Source: Trichosphaerium sp. ATCC 40318 (lineage: Eukaryota > Protista > Tubulinea). Taken from it: a DNA stretch of 64,000 nucleotides. Position numbers and translations under genes: made by a program. Position 1 is the stretch's first letter. Each line of letters begins with the position of its first letter. Below the pieces are notes generated by a model. It searched no databases. It was given only the letters and a program-made list of their open reading frames with translations, and was not told the DNA's origin. Shown here in pieces: positions 13,268-28,242 of this stretch. The stretch is taken from NCBI GenBank assembly GCA_038496445.1, contig JALMLS010000516.1, positions 124,001 through 188,000 on the forward strand. The letters are read 5' to 3'.

Positions 13268-14450
13268 ATGACAGCTGTGCGTACTTTTACTTCCCTAAAA
13301 CGCCTAAATATACGTGCAGTTGTTTCCACGCGTAGCTATGAAGGATATTTTCACATCTGCATGTGACGCTCTTGGTTACAAGGTTTCTTTTCACTCACAT
13401 AACTGGATTACAATGATAGAGGCGAATGGCAAGCACCAATACATATATGGCAACTTTTTGCCATTAAACAGCTCGGTAACCAATAAACTCTGCTCTGATA
13501 AGGCTGCAACCGCTACAGTACTCAAAATACACGGTGTTCCGCACTTTGAGCATCATCTCGTGTCAGCAAAGCTCAGAACAGGCCTTTGGATGCAAATTAA
13601 CCCAAAAGCGAAAGAACTGGGGTTTCCAGGCGTACCGTTGATAATTAAAGCGTGTACAGGATCAGGTGGCACTCTTGTCTTCAAAGTGCGTAAAACGCGT
13701 TTATAATAATTTAAACGTCCCGTTACGGTTAAATTAGCTCTAATCAAGCGTAGGTAAACGACCAAAAAGAGCTTGAAGATGCTGTACAAATAATTCTCGA
13801 TAAAAAAAGAGCTTTTTGTCTCTGTCCGTTTTACGAGATGGGTGACGAGTATCGCGTTATAACTCTTAATGGAGAGCCTCGTATAACTTTTGCAAAAATA
13901 CACAGGGTACTTTTAGCCGTAAAAATCACGTGCCAACCACGTGATGTTGCACCTGTTTTGTTATGTAGTAACATCCAAATAGAAGTTGATTGGTGATGGC
14001 ACTTCGACTGTGAAGCAGCTTTTTTTGAAGTTTCTCAGCACTATCGATAAACCAAAACTGAACGAAGAAATGAAAGATTTGTTTTCAGATAAAGTGTTAG
14101 CTGAAGGAGAAGAACTTGTCATAAACTTTCGTCACAATCTTGGTAAGAAACAACTTTTCCTAATTGCAATACTTACAGTGTTCAAAGGCCAAGGCGCTGA
14201 TATGAGTCTTGAAATACCACAAGACATTAAGAAAAAGGTTGAATATATTGCCAGGAATGCAGTAGCAGCTGTACATCTTGGTTGGGGATCAGTAGACGTT
14301 GGTCATGTTCCGGGAGATGAAAAAGAACCATACAAAGTTGTTGAAATCAATAGTAACGTTGTTGTCTTTCATTACATGAGGATGACTGGTAATGTTGATG
14401 AAGTTAAAGAAGTGTACAAAGACGCTATAGAATTAATAATGAAATTATGA
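13268..14450 (+). CDS. ATP-grasp ligase (RimK / cyanophycin synthetase / GshAB-like), spliced
   Basis: NSSVTNKLCSDKAAT...GVP, PLIIKACTGSGGTLV, EYRVI, IGDGTSTVKQL, HNLGQGA, SVDV, VVEINS. Short canonical introns. Confidence 0.8.
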
Positions 14451-14668
14451 ATACCATTTTCAAAACCACGTGACGTGTTTATTTAAACTAAATAGTACAA
14501 GTCATCTGAGGTTTGGTCAAAATTTGTACACTTTTGAGGTGCGACGATAGTGACGTTTCAGACTAACGGTGGGTCTTGCAAGACACCTGTGGTTCTACCT
14601 TCGAAATTGAAACAGATTTAGTTCTGTAAAAATTGTGTGAATTTTGTAATTCTTTAAAATTCAAGATT

Positions 14669-16971
<2,303 letters not shown>

Positions 16972-18009
16972 CTAGTTGTCAATAAAAAAGAAATCGACTT
17001 TTCTAAACAATGTATCTACATAGCCACATTCTTAAATGTAGCGATTTGTTACTTCTGAAATGCTATGTACCTGGCACTAGAGCAACTTTTGTTAAGCATT
17101 TCCCGTTCACATAAAAATTCAATACACTAAGCCATGTGCTTGTACATCAAAAATAGTGATGTCTTGTAGCTACATGGATGTAGGTGTGTTATGCCAGAAG
17201 TTTGGTGCCAGATGCCAAAATATGTTGTAGACATACTTTACCATGCCGTAAAACTGTTCCCCTAATGTGTTAATTGCAAAAAAAGAAGTGACAGTTGTAA
17301 TAATTGCTTTTAGTCAGCGTAATAGGTTGCTTTCGAAGATTTTCCAGTATGGACAACAAATCAAGCAACGGCAGCCAAATATAGCTGAAAGGATATAATC
17401 TTATGTGACCTGTAAAATGGTACGTTTAGGCAGCCGTTGGTTCATTTGTCTTGAAATAGTAGAGTTTTTTCATTAAACACTCACAAAAATCCGTGTAAGT
17501 AGCTAAAAACAAGTACCTGCGCGTACGTAGTACATACATACAATATGTGTATGCTAAAGCTAAAATAAACTTGTGAAGCCTTGGTTTTCAACTGACAAGT
17601 ACTATGATCTTTTTTGCAATAGATATCTTAATTTCAAGGCTATGTATAGTCGTCAAACAGAGAAAAATGATTAAATGTGGAACAGAAAAACAATTTTCAC
17701 TGATTCTGAGATATACAATGTTTAACTTTTATTGATGTTACAACTCCACAAACAACAAAAAGAAAGATCACAATACATTTAGCACATGGATTAGCGTCTA
17801 TGTAGAGAAAGAACTGCTTAACAAAAGTTGCTCTAATTGGTGGAGGTGGTGGGTTGTATTTGAAGGCTGAGAGTGCGCTACTAATTCCAACCAACATCCA
17901 AAGTTCAATTTTCATTTGGATCAGAAACCTGGTTTTCAATTCAACAATCGGTTACTTACCCGTCACTAAAAGTGCCTTGACCACAGCGGCTTTCAAAAAA
18001 GGAACCACA

Positions 18010-19035
18010 ATGAGTAAAGCACGGCTGTTGCGTGTAGTAGACGATCACAACCTGACACGTCTTCCTTACGAACTTATACATGTGATATGTAAGCAATAAC
18101 CTCTTCACACGTTACTTTACCTCACAGAGTATTGTTGTAGGTCATCTAGGGTGTCTTAACAATGCTTTGCTATTATCATGTACTTGTAGCGCTTTAAACA
18201 AATCGATAGGCCATGAATCTTTATGGAAAGGTACCTAGTCACGTGTCAAGTTGTTTATCTGACAATAGATAAAAAACTAGGCTTGATGAATTCAAGATGG
18301 GGTCATACAGTAAAACAACAATCAGAGAGTTATTTTCAAGCGTTTAAACGACTTCATATGGTGCTTCACTGAAATCTGTTACAAATCTTTTTCTTACAAG
18401 ATACAGTGCCAACAAAAAGTACCTGTTGATAGTAGGGTACTTCATTGCGGAGAAGATAAGTCAGTTTTTATTTACGTGCGTACCCAGTAGTCTCGCAAAC
18501 GGTGGTGACAGTCTTGCGACTTTAGTTTTGACTTTTTTCTTTCTCAGAACTCTTACAACCAGTACTACATTGAAACAGATCCCTCATATGAAAGGAAGTA
18601 TTTCTATCTCACAGGTACGATCAAATGTTGTTTTAAACACTTAACTAATAACATCTAGATGGCAAGATAGCACCTACTTTTGTGGAAGAGCTGAAAGCAA
18701 TGCCAAATGAAGAATACTCCGAGTATAAAATAAGACGAGGTTTTAAGACGATGACACGTGTTTCTAAGGAGTGCTATTGTGTAGAAGTAAAAATGACCAC
18801 AAAGGAGAGCTATACAAGAATAATTGACCCAGGAGAAGGATGTCCATACATAGGGACATTCCATAAAATGATAGCTGAAGTTCTATATCAAGGGGTGAAA
18901 GTTGGAGACTTCTCTTTCACTACAGAAGACGAAAAACACGATATTTCATTCTTGTCTACCGAGCCGTGCCAGCCTAGTGAAAATCTTGATAAATATTGTT
19001 ATCTATTTGTATCTCCGTACGAGAGTTGTTTTTAA
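18010..19035 (+). CDS. F-box protein, spliced
   Basis: LTRLPYELIHVIC|GHLG...SCTCSALNKSIGHESLWK across introns. Last exon is ORF 18682-19035. Confidence 0.7.
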
Positions 19036-19284
19036 AAAAAGGTCTACTTTTAATTATTATTCTCGTTAAGTTCTTGAGTAGGTGTGGTCTTTATTTACTC
19101 CTTTTGATGTACAACCACATGTCCGGTTCATCTATCAACGGTGTAGTGAGCTTTCCAGTGCACCCTAATAACACTTTGGGTAAATAACATTATCTTTCAC
19201 ACATATTTTGTAGTTGTACAACGTTTATGATACATTCGTTCTTAGACAATAAACTCCTTCCAAACTACGTAGTGCTTTATATGG

Positions 19285-19821
19285 AACAAAAAGTAATCAA
19301 ATGGTGAGTATGATACTGTCCATTGGACAATCTTCTCATTACAGTACTACGTTTTAGTAACCTTTGCTCTTACGTGTCTCGAGAATATATTTACATTGTT
19401 TTCACCATGTTCTATCGAATGTAGGCTGGATTAGGAAATGGTATAAACAATCTCTATTATGTTTGTCCATTAAGGTCTTCCTTTTCGAACAAAAACGCAC
19501 CACAAGAATAGAAAACCAAAAATATGTGAGTTTTCTAGTTTCATGAATGGATAGAAAAATCAATGCAGCTACCAGATAGCAGCTTTTGTTAACTATGTCA
19601 CTTATTTGTTGTGCATGTAATGATTAGACAGTTGTCAAGGGCAATTAGTAAAAAATTCTAACCACTTTTTTTTTTAATTGCGTTTGATCGTAAATAAAAA
19701 CTCTGTGACATCCTTTTTCTTCCAGATCCATCAGTAATTTACTTACTTTATCGAATTAAAATATTGGAGCTTCGGCTCTATGGATCTTTTTTTTGTTACA
19801 TTCTATGTTTTTATTGCAACC
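19285..19821 (+). repeat. Dispersed repeat family B copy 1, left arm
   Basis: Inverted match to about 32522-33068 that stops abruptly after ttattgcaacc. Confidence 0.9.
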
Positions 19822-20203
19822 TGGTCCGACCAAAACACTGGAAATACTTGGTTGCGTGAAACTTGTAATTTTCAATGATGTGTCTGACCAATCTAAATAC
19901 CAATTGTAGAAGTGCCTCACTCTTATTGAGATACCCCAGCCAAATGAAAACCCCTCACCATTGGCACTATGTGATGGATGACTGTGGCACATAAACACTG
20001 GACATTAATAGTATGTTAATCAGTTCAGTTAGACAAATGACTCAATTCAGCGCTCAGAAGTATATTTTATTGCCCAAAACTAATTTTTATATTAAATCGC
20101 GCTAGCATAGTTAACAAAGCAACGCTTTACATAAACCAGCCTTTGTAACAATTTTCCAAACTTGGAAAATACAGTTCTTTGGTTTTTTCTGTTTTTTGGC
20201 AGT

Positions 20204-21094
20204 TCAATACACACCATATTCAGCCGCAAAAAAGCCACATTGAACGCCGGTATGAGTGATACCCACTAACCAATAACAATAAAATAACAATGAAGAAGAG
20301 TTTTTGTAGCCATGTATTTCCTTGAAGAGCGTGCCTTCCAAACTTTTCATCTCAGATATTGTTTTTGAAAGATTGAGTTCCCACTCCTGTTGCTTTTTCT
20401 CACAATCGTCACCATTGCGGTATACTCCCACATCTTTAAAGTCCTTAGTTACACCATGATATTTCATCTTAGATACAGTATTATCAACGTCAAATTCCAA
20501 CAAACGCTGTGCTTCATATTCAGTAGAATGTTTATCTGCTTCCTGTTCTTTGTCTAGAAACACCCTCGCTTCACCAATCTCATAATCATCAGGGTCAAAG
20601 AACTCACCTGTATCATCAAACTGAAATGCAACATACTCATATAATGAGTTAAAACCCTCACAAGGTTTCAAGAAAAAAGAATGACACTCAGACTCACCAG
20701 CTGTAAACTCTAAATTAGTTGACCATTTTTTAGCCAACACGTGACAATGAATGAGATCTCTTGATATTGATTCTTCTTTTGAACAATCCATTGGCACTTG
20801 AGGTGGTATACCTTTACTTTTAAAGTATAATTCGCCCCTTCCAGAGACTGTAATGCCGTTGTGGGATGTATACGTGCAAAGTTGCTGATCTTGCTTAAAA
20901 CACGATGCCTTGTTTATATAACTGCTCCAGAAGTGTTTGTCGTCTCTAACAATGCCTTGATTGCTTTTACAAGCCATACTAAAGTGAACAACATCTTTTA
21001 CGCTTATTTGTACAAATATTTCTTCCTTGTAAATCTCATTGGGTATTTGGAGAGTTGTTAAAGGTTCTGCGGATAGTAACAGCTTCTTTGCCAT
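20204..21094 (-). CDS. Intronless F-box protein (296 aa)
   Basis: LQIPNEIYKEEIFVQISVKDVVHFSMACKSNQGIVRDDKHFW F-box. The C-terminal region is not recognised. Confidence 0.75.
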   Translation of the reverse strand: MAKKLLLSAEPLTTLQIPNEIYKEEIFVQISVKDVVHFSMACKSNQGIVRDDKHFWSSYINKASCFKQDQQLCTYTSHNGITVSGRGELYFKSKGIPPQVPMDCSKEESISRDLIHCHVLAKKWSTNLEFTAGESECHSFFLKPCEGFNSLYEYVAFQFDDTGEFFDPDDYEIGEARVFLDKEQEADKHSTEYEAQRLLEFDVDNTVSKMKYHGVTKDFKDVGVYRNGDDCEKKQQEWELNLSKTISEMKSLEGTLFKEIHGYKNSSSLLFYCYWLVGITHTGVQCGFFAAEYGVY

Positions 21095-21555
21095 CTATGC
21101 TGGAAAAGTATGATGTTCTTACTTTCTTTGACTTTTTTATTTGCATGCAACATCAGATGTTCAAGGTTTTTGATGCAATTGTTCTATACTATGAATGTTC
21201 TTGTTGTACACGATACCAGTTAGCTGTGATAGGCAATATTTCAAAACGAACATAGTTGAAATTTGACCAAGGAATGTCGACTGTATACAAAAATGTCATG
21301 ATACAGTTTTTCTCTGCAGTGCTCTTGAGAGAGTAGCTACCGTACAAATAATGCAACAAGAACAATGCCTAATAAAGCCAAACTACTCAGTTGTATTGCA
21401 ATTGATGTTGGTGGCAACGGGTCTTGAGTGTAAGTGACACCATTGAAACCAACTCGGTTCCACACTGACAAAGTTGCATTTCCTTTTCTATCAGTTTCTG
21501 GGTTTGCTAATTATAGCACGTGTTTTACTAGCTATTAAGAATTCGAAGGTAGTAC

Positions 21556-21786
21556 CGTGCAATAGACTCATTTTCCTTTGTTCGGAAGATTTCCACATAA
21601 CATCGTGGTGTACTTTACAAATATCTGTCACGTGCACAGTACCATCAAAGCCTGTTTGACAAAGGTCAGTAAAAAAAAACGGTTCTGGAAATCAATTAGT
21701 ACCTCCGCTTGCCAACAAGGCGCAATTAAATTTGTTACCAGCCATCTCACGTATAGTATCAGTATGGTCCTTTATTGGTATAAGCT
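21556..21786 (-). pseudogene. 5'-truncated, intron-containing WD40 gene fragment
   Basis: Exons 21703-21786 and 21556-21651 splice to LIPIKDHTDTIREMAGNKFNCALLASGGFDGTVHVTDI. Upstream there is only a partial intron and then the repeat B junction, with no start codon. Confidence 0.6.
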
Positions 21787-21835
21787 CTAAACATAGAGTA
21801 AGAGAAATACAGCGACGATTTAACAAAAAAGTGTG

Positions 21836-21908
21836 ATCACAAGACAAGTGCTATTTCTAATAAAATCAAAAACAATTGACTTGTTTATGACACTTTTAGC
21901 ATTTGAAG
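21836..21908 (+). repeat. Dispersed repeat family B copy 1, right arm
   Basis: caagtgctatttctaataaaatcaaa...ttgacttg-ttatgacacttttagcat matches the reverse complement of 32445-32521. Confidence 0.85.
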
Positions 21909-22178
21909 GATCTAGCCACTTCTGTCAAAGCTACCACAAATACGAACCCTTTCACCTACCATCACAACTTAGGATTGTAAAGTCTTATGTACCTCATCAT
22001 AACTCATACAATTCACTAAAACCATGAAAATGAACAATGCCTAAAGCTGTACGAACCCCTATTGGCAGTAATCTTAACCGGCAAGCAAATCACCAGCCTG
22101 ATTTTATTGTAAGAACGTTTTTTCTGAACGTCTGTAAAAAGATACGATAAAGTCAAACCGTTTTCACATATACGCCAA

Positions 22179-24327
22179 ATGAGTCGCTCTACGAGAAGAC
22201 GCCGTAAAGTACAACCGCGAAAGACAAAGAGTAAGCTAATTACACAGTTTTAAAGTATTTACACAAAAATAGAGCCAACACAAGCTCCTGTACCATACGT
22301 TGGTGGTCCCAACTTGTTTATAGAACTACCTGATGAAATTAAATTCCATGTCTTTGGATTTTGTACGCGCAACCGCGTAGTTCTTGCTCATAAGGATTCT
22401 AGTGGCTAGTAGTCAGCTTGCAAAGTGTATGCGGGTATGTTCTGATTGGAGAGGACTTGTAAGCGATAATTACCTGTGGCAAAGGATCTACATAAGCCGC
22501 TGGACGCCAACACAAGCATTTTTAAATGGAAATAGCGATTTTGGTAAACGTTTATTTCAATTAAAGCCAAAAACGATCTTCCAAGAGAAATAATGCCTCC
22601 TTGATCGCTACAACAATAGTTTACAACGATTAGCTTAACCATAAACCTCTTTTGATCCTAATTTCTTTGGTAGACTGGAGAATGCTCTACAACGTAAAGT
22701 TACGAATAGAATCAAATATTTCGAACCTTTCTCTACGGCTTGATCGCATCCTTCACCAATCATCAATAAATGACATGGCACACTGTCCAAGGCATACGGC
22801 AACGTTTGATTCACCTTCATATGGCCGTAGTCTACTTGCTACAGCATGTGGGAATAAAAATGTTCACTTGTGGGACATGGATAACGTCAATTTTTCGAGA
22901 ACATTGACAGGACAAAAGTACGTTTTTTCTTCAGTGAATACTTTTGTTGCGGCTGTTGTTCCTCTTGTAGTTTCACATGCTGGTTTTATGTGTCCAGGCA
23001 TTGCTGTCTAAAACATATATTCGTTGTATAAGCCGTTAGTTTTAATTTAGTTATCACATACGCGTGACGTTTAAACGTTGTGTTGTTCTTTTTTTTTTCT
23101 TTTTTCGTTCTTTCTTGTATTAGTCTTATACTCGTTTAGCTCTCCTGTTTTATGTGTTAGTATATACGGTAAATCTTGTGTATCTGGCGATGTAGATGGC
23201 GGATTAGTTTTGTGGGACCTTAGTAAGCCTCCAGCATCACTTCCTTGGAGTCCAATAAGGTTACTTGTTTAAATCCAAAACAAAAGGCTTTACATTTTCT
23301 AACACAGTGGTAGTGGCGAGTATGTCCATAAATGGCAAAGAGTGCATGCAGGTGCTATAAACGGTGTTGCTATAACAGAAAGCAAACTCTATACTTGCTC
23401 TAGCGATGGCTCACTTAAAAGTAAGTTTGAGGGCGTAACATGGCTTGCCTTCCCTTCTCGTTGAACGTACTAATTTCATGTTAGATTGGGACCTCACTCG
23501 GTGTGCTTTTGGCGGTCTTTTTGAAGGTAAGAGAGGTCATTGATGGCTATTTACTAAGATAACCAGCGTACTAATGTTTTGTAAAAGGCCATAAGGGACC
23601 TGTGAATTCTATTGCACTACATGGTAACTTGCTTCTATCCGGATCAAACGACAAGACTGTTAGAGTTTGGGATATGTCCACTACCAAGTCTTGTTTTCAA
23701 ATCGAACTACACACTGATACAGTCACACGTGTTAGAGCTATAGACGAATACAGGGTACACCTGATTTTCACGTGATTTTTTTTTTCTTTGAAACAACAAC
23801 AAAAATACTCATAATCTTTACTGTAGATAATGACGGCTTCTCTTGATGGTTTTGTTAAGCTCATTGACTTGCGTTATGTTAAGAAATCAGAAAAAGACTT
23901 TTACTTTACTCAACCTGTTACAGACTTTGTATTTGATGGATGTAAGGTTATTGTACGTTTTACATATATGGCTCGATTTTAAAGTTCTAATTTTTTTTTC
24001 TTCACAGGCAGGTCAGCGAGCTCAGGTTGGTATGCAATATTTGAGTACTGCTTTTCCTAAGTATGCTGATGATGATGATTCTGATGACGTCATGGAAGTT
24101 GATGACCAGCTTGATTCTATACTTAACGAGAAATCGCCAGTAGTTAAAGGTCGAAGTGTAGTTCAAAATTGTGCAGGTACTGTTTTTTGTATTGCTGCTT
24201 TTACTGTTCCTTTTAGTACTAAAGGTGTTTATTCCTTACTTTTGTAGGTGTTAATTGTATGTTTATGCATGGTAATATATTATACTTTGGTGATAATAGT
24301 GGTGTAACTTTGTGGGATTTTTCATAA
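22179..24327 (+). CDS. F-box/WD40 protein (FBXW7/MET30-like architecture), multi-exon
   Basis: ELPDEIKFHVFGF...MRVCSDWRGLVSDNYLWQRIY, followed by WD repeats (GHKGPVNSIALHGNLLLSGSNDKTVRVWD). Confidence 0.88.
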
Positions 24328-24687
24328 CAACAAGCAAATAAAAAATAATGATTGGCACTTATTAATACAATCTCAAAAATATATTTTCCCTATTCACGTA
24401 GCATCTTGAAACCACCGTATATACGCTGAAAACAGTGTAATGAACCTTGTAGGATTAAAATTCAGCTTATCCACTAAACATAGAGGCGACATAGTTTGGC
24501 TTATTGTTTTTGTAAATGGAAATAAAATACAACTGTATTTCTGTTATTTTATTGAATAAAGTGCAAGGAATTGTAAAATGAACAAATAAGACTTCTCTTT
24601 CAACATTCGCCAAAATGATTTTGTTACGTAAATGATGTCGTATTATGTCAAAAGTTTGAGAACCTTGAAGATATTTTTTTGCAAAAA

Positions 24688-24918
24688 TGCCGGTAAGACA
24701 GACATCTGTCCCTCCACTACTAGACCGTTAGGTACATGTAGGGAACGATCATCAAACGTCCATTCCCAGGTGAAGGCGTGAGCCAAACCTCAGAAGGATC
24801 TGCTTCCCGCTCAGAACAGAGGTCTCGGGTCGTCATCCAGGCAATGCTGTTATGGCATATTGCAACAGATAATAGTGACGAATACTCCTACAGAAATGAA
24901 CCTGCGAAGTAAGGTCAT
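24688..24918 (-). ncRNA. U3: U3 snoRNA (variant copy)
   Basis: The minus strand reads AUGACCUUACUU (GAC/A'), GGUUCAUUUCUGUAG (box A), AUGACGA (C'), GAGCGGGAAGC (B) and UUGAUGAUCG (C), with terminal stem UGCCUGG/CCGGCA and then a T-run. About 231 nt, boxes in the correct order. Confidence 0.9.
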
Positions 24919-25409
24919 TAGAAAAAATGGGTGGAACAGAATTTAAAGAAGCGAGAATACAAAAGAAATTTATTGTGGTATTTGATCGTTTGATGCTACA
25001 TATGACATATGGTGCTATTTACGTTGCGTTGGTAACGCTGAGCCGGCTGTAGATAAATAATTCTTCGCGATTTCCATTTTTTACAGTTTTCTAATTCTTC
25101 GCTCGTGCACGCCTAATAGACACCCGTAAGTAATTATAACGCTCCGCGGGAGTAAGGCAGTCGTTTAATGGTCTTTTAACGAAAAACGGCACATTGCGCA
25201 CTCTACCGCGCAAGAACATGTCTTGTACGTCAAAATACCTCGCAAGACCGAATCAGCCCTTCTACTGGCTCTTTCTTTCAAATTCCCTCGTAGTGTAATT
25301 ACACAAGACCACGCACTATTGAAAAGCTGTACAACATCACGTATTTAACAAAAGTATCATTTACAGTTTATTATTTTTACTTGTTTCGTTTTTTTTACGT
25401 ATTTTTGTT

Positions 25410-26599
25410 TTACACGTTAAACGCTACTTTACGCTCACTTTTTGCCTTTCTACGTTGTTTCTATGGCGAAAAGTAAGAATAAAAAAACAAAGACAAAAAA
25501 AAATTGGGTTTTTCAAAATTTCTTACGCCTCTCTTTGATGTTTGATCTCTGCGCTCTAGAGCCTTTTCTCTTGCGTCAATCTTTCTGTCTATCTTTTCTT
25601 GACGTTGTTCTTTTACCATTTCAGCCATAGAGGACCAATACTCCTCTTTATATCTCTAAAGAGAACGAACATCAGAATTGCAAACAAAATGTAAGCTTGG
25701 TTTTTTTTTTTGTTACCTCTGTTTTAATTTTAGTTTCACGCTCCTCGTCTTGTGCGTTATTTGTCTAAAAGATAACATGTCAATAATCTACATTATAGCT
25801 ATTTATAATAGGTACCTCAAAGATGATTCTCATCGCAGCATCATCAGTAATGAGCTTTTTTCGTCTTTTCTTTTTCTGTTTCAAAAAAAGCTTGGTGAGA
25901 TGATGGTTCCCCTCTACAAACGGTTCGTTTTACGTACAGGTTCTTTATCATCCCTTGCTTTGCGCTTCTTTGGGTTTTCTTGTGATTCTTGATCATCAGA
26001 GTCGTCGTTTTCGATTCTTTTTGGTTTACGTTTCTTTGCTTGTTCATCTCCAGATGCTTCTAGTTGCTTTGGAGGATTCTTTTTCTTTAAAGGTGCAGCG
26101 CCTTTAGGTCTTTTCTCAAATCTTCCTGTTTTACGGTGCATCTCTCGATCACAGTCCCATTTAAAAAATTGTTGGTCTACAAGACCAGGTGTCTTGATAA
26201 ACACCTTTTTCCCTTTCTTTTGATCGTATAGCTCGGAAATTGGCATAGATACTGTTAGTGTATCTAAACGTATTGTTAGAAGGTGTTATGATCGTTTGTA
26301 GAGGGATTTACCGTGATTGTATTGTACGTTTGTGTCATAAAATAGAACGAAGATCTGACGTGGGAATTTGAATCTACTACGCGTAAGGGGTTGTTTTTAT
26401 GGTTTTTGGCTGTTGCGTACTCCAAGAAATAGCGGTGTTCGCATGTAGTGCGTAATTTAAATACGTCACGCGTTATTGTGAGATTAACGGCGTTTTTAGT
26501 AGGTGTTCCGAACAAACTTACTTTCACAACAACTCTCTTTTTCTTCCAGTGGAGGTGTAGGCGGAAAAATGGTTGTTTGTAGTTGTTTGGAGGCTCCAT
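25410..26599 (-). CDS. Lys/Arg-rich hypothetical protein with a possible N-terminal CS/HSP20-like domain
   Basis: ORFs 26276-26599 and 25914-26246 plus small downstream exons ending KSERKVAFNV-TAA (RVxF-like). The domain call is inference. Confidence 0.6.
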
Positions 26600-26977
26600 A
26601 GCTTAAAAGAAAAGTTATTTTCACCATGTTTTCTCAGTTTAAACAATAAAGCGCACTGGCAACTTGTAATTCGGTCATCTTTGCAGGACAATTACTTGCT
26701 TTTACTTAATTGTAGAATTTAATGCTGTATTAATTCAAAAACAGCCTAAGATCAAGTACGTCGCGTGGGCAATTATCAAATGTCAACAACAAACAGGTTT
26801 TAATGCATGTCAAGCGAGGTCAAGGAAATTTTTTGGTTTATTACAATTTTTCTTTTAAATATCTGGAATGGGGTACATGGTCCATGCTGTAGGCATAAAA
26901 AGCCATATTGGTAATCTAGGTAGTTATATCTTACTGTTACATGAAAATACAGCCTTGTCATTTCGAAATGAGGCTTT

Positions 26978-27984
<1,007 letters not shown>

Positions 27985-28242
27985 CTGTTGTTTCTTTTCG
28001 TAACTTTAAGCCAAGGCCAAATACACTGTAAGTTATACTGTCAAACTAACACCAATCGCCAAGAAAGGCCTGTAGTAACTTTACGAAAGAGATACAGCGT
28101 GTACTGTTTATGTTAACTGTTAGCTCAACTAAAAATACTCCTATGCTGTTTTGCGGTATTAGAAAACGCTGGTGTTGCCACTTGCCACTTATCAGGTGTG
28201 CTAGTGCACAAACTTTTTGATGTTTTCAGCAATTCACCAAGC

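Noticed and set aside
19364-19546. Near-identical short ORFs at 19364-19546 and 32796-33011
   Set aside because: The identity comes from repeat B, the frames diverge at the 5' end, and there is no recognisable protein.
19765-19795. Rho-independent-terminator-like GAGC-TTCG-GCTC hairpin followed by a T-run (also at about 32550-32576)
   Set aside because: The context is eukaryotic, the stem is short and T-runs are ubiquitous. Treated only as part of repeat B.
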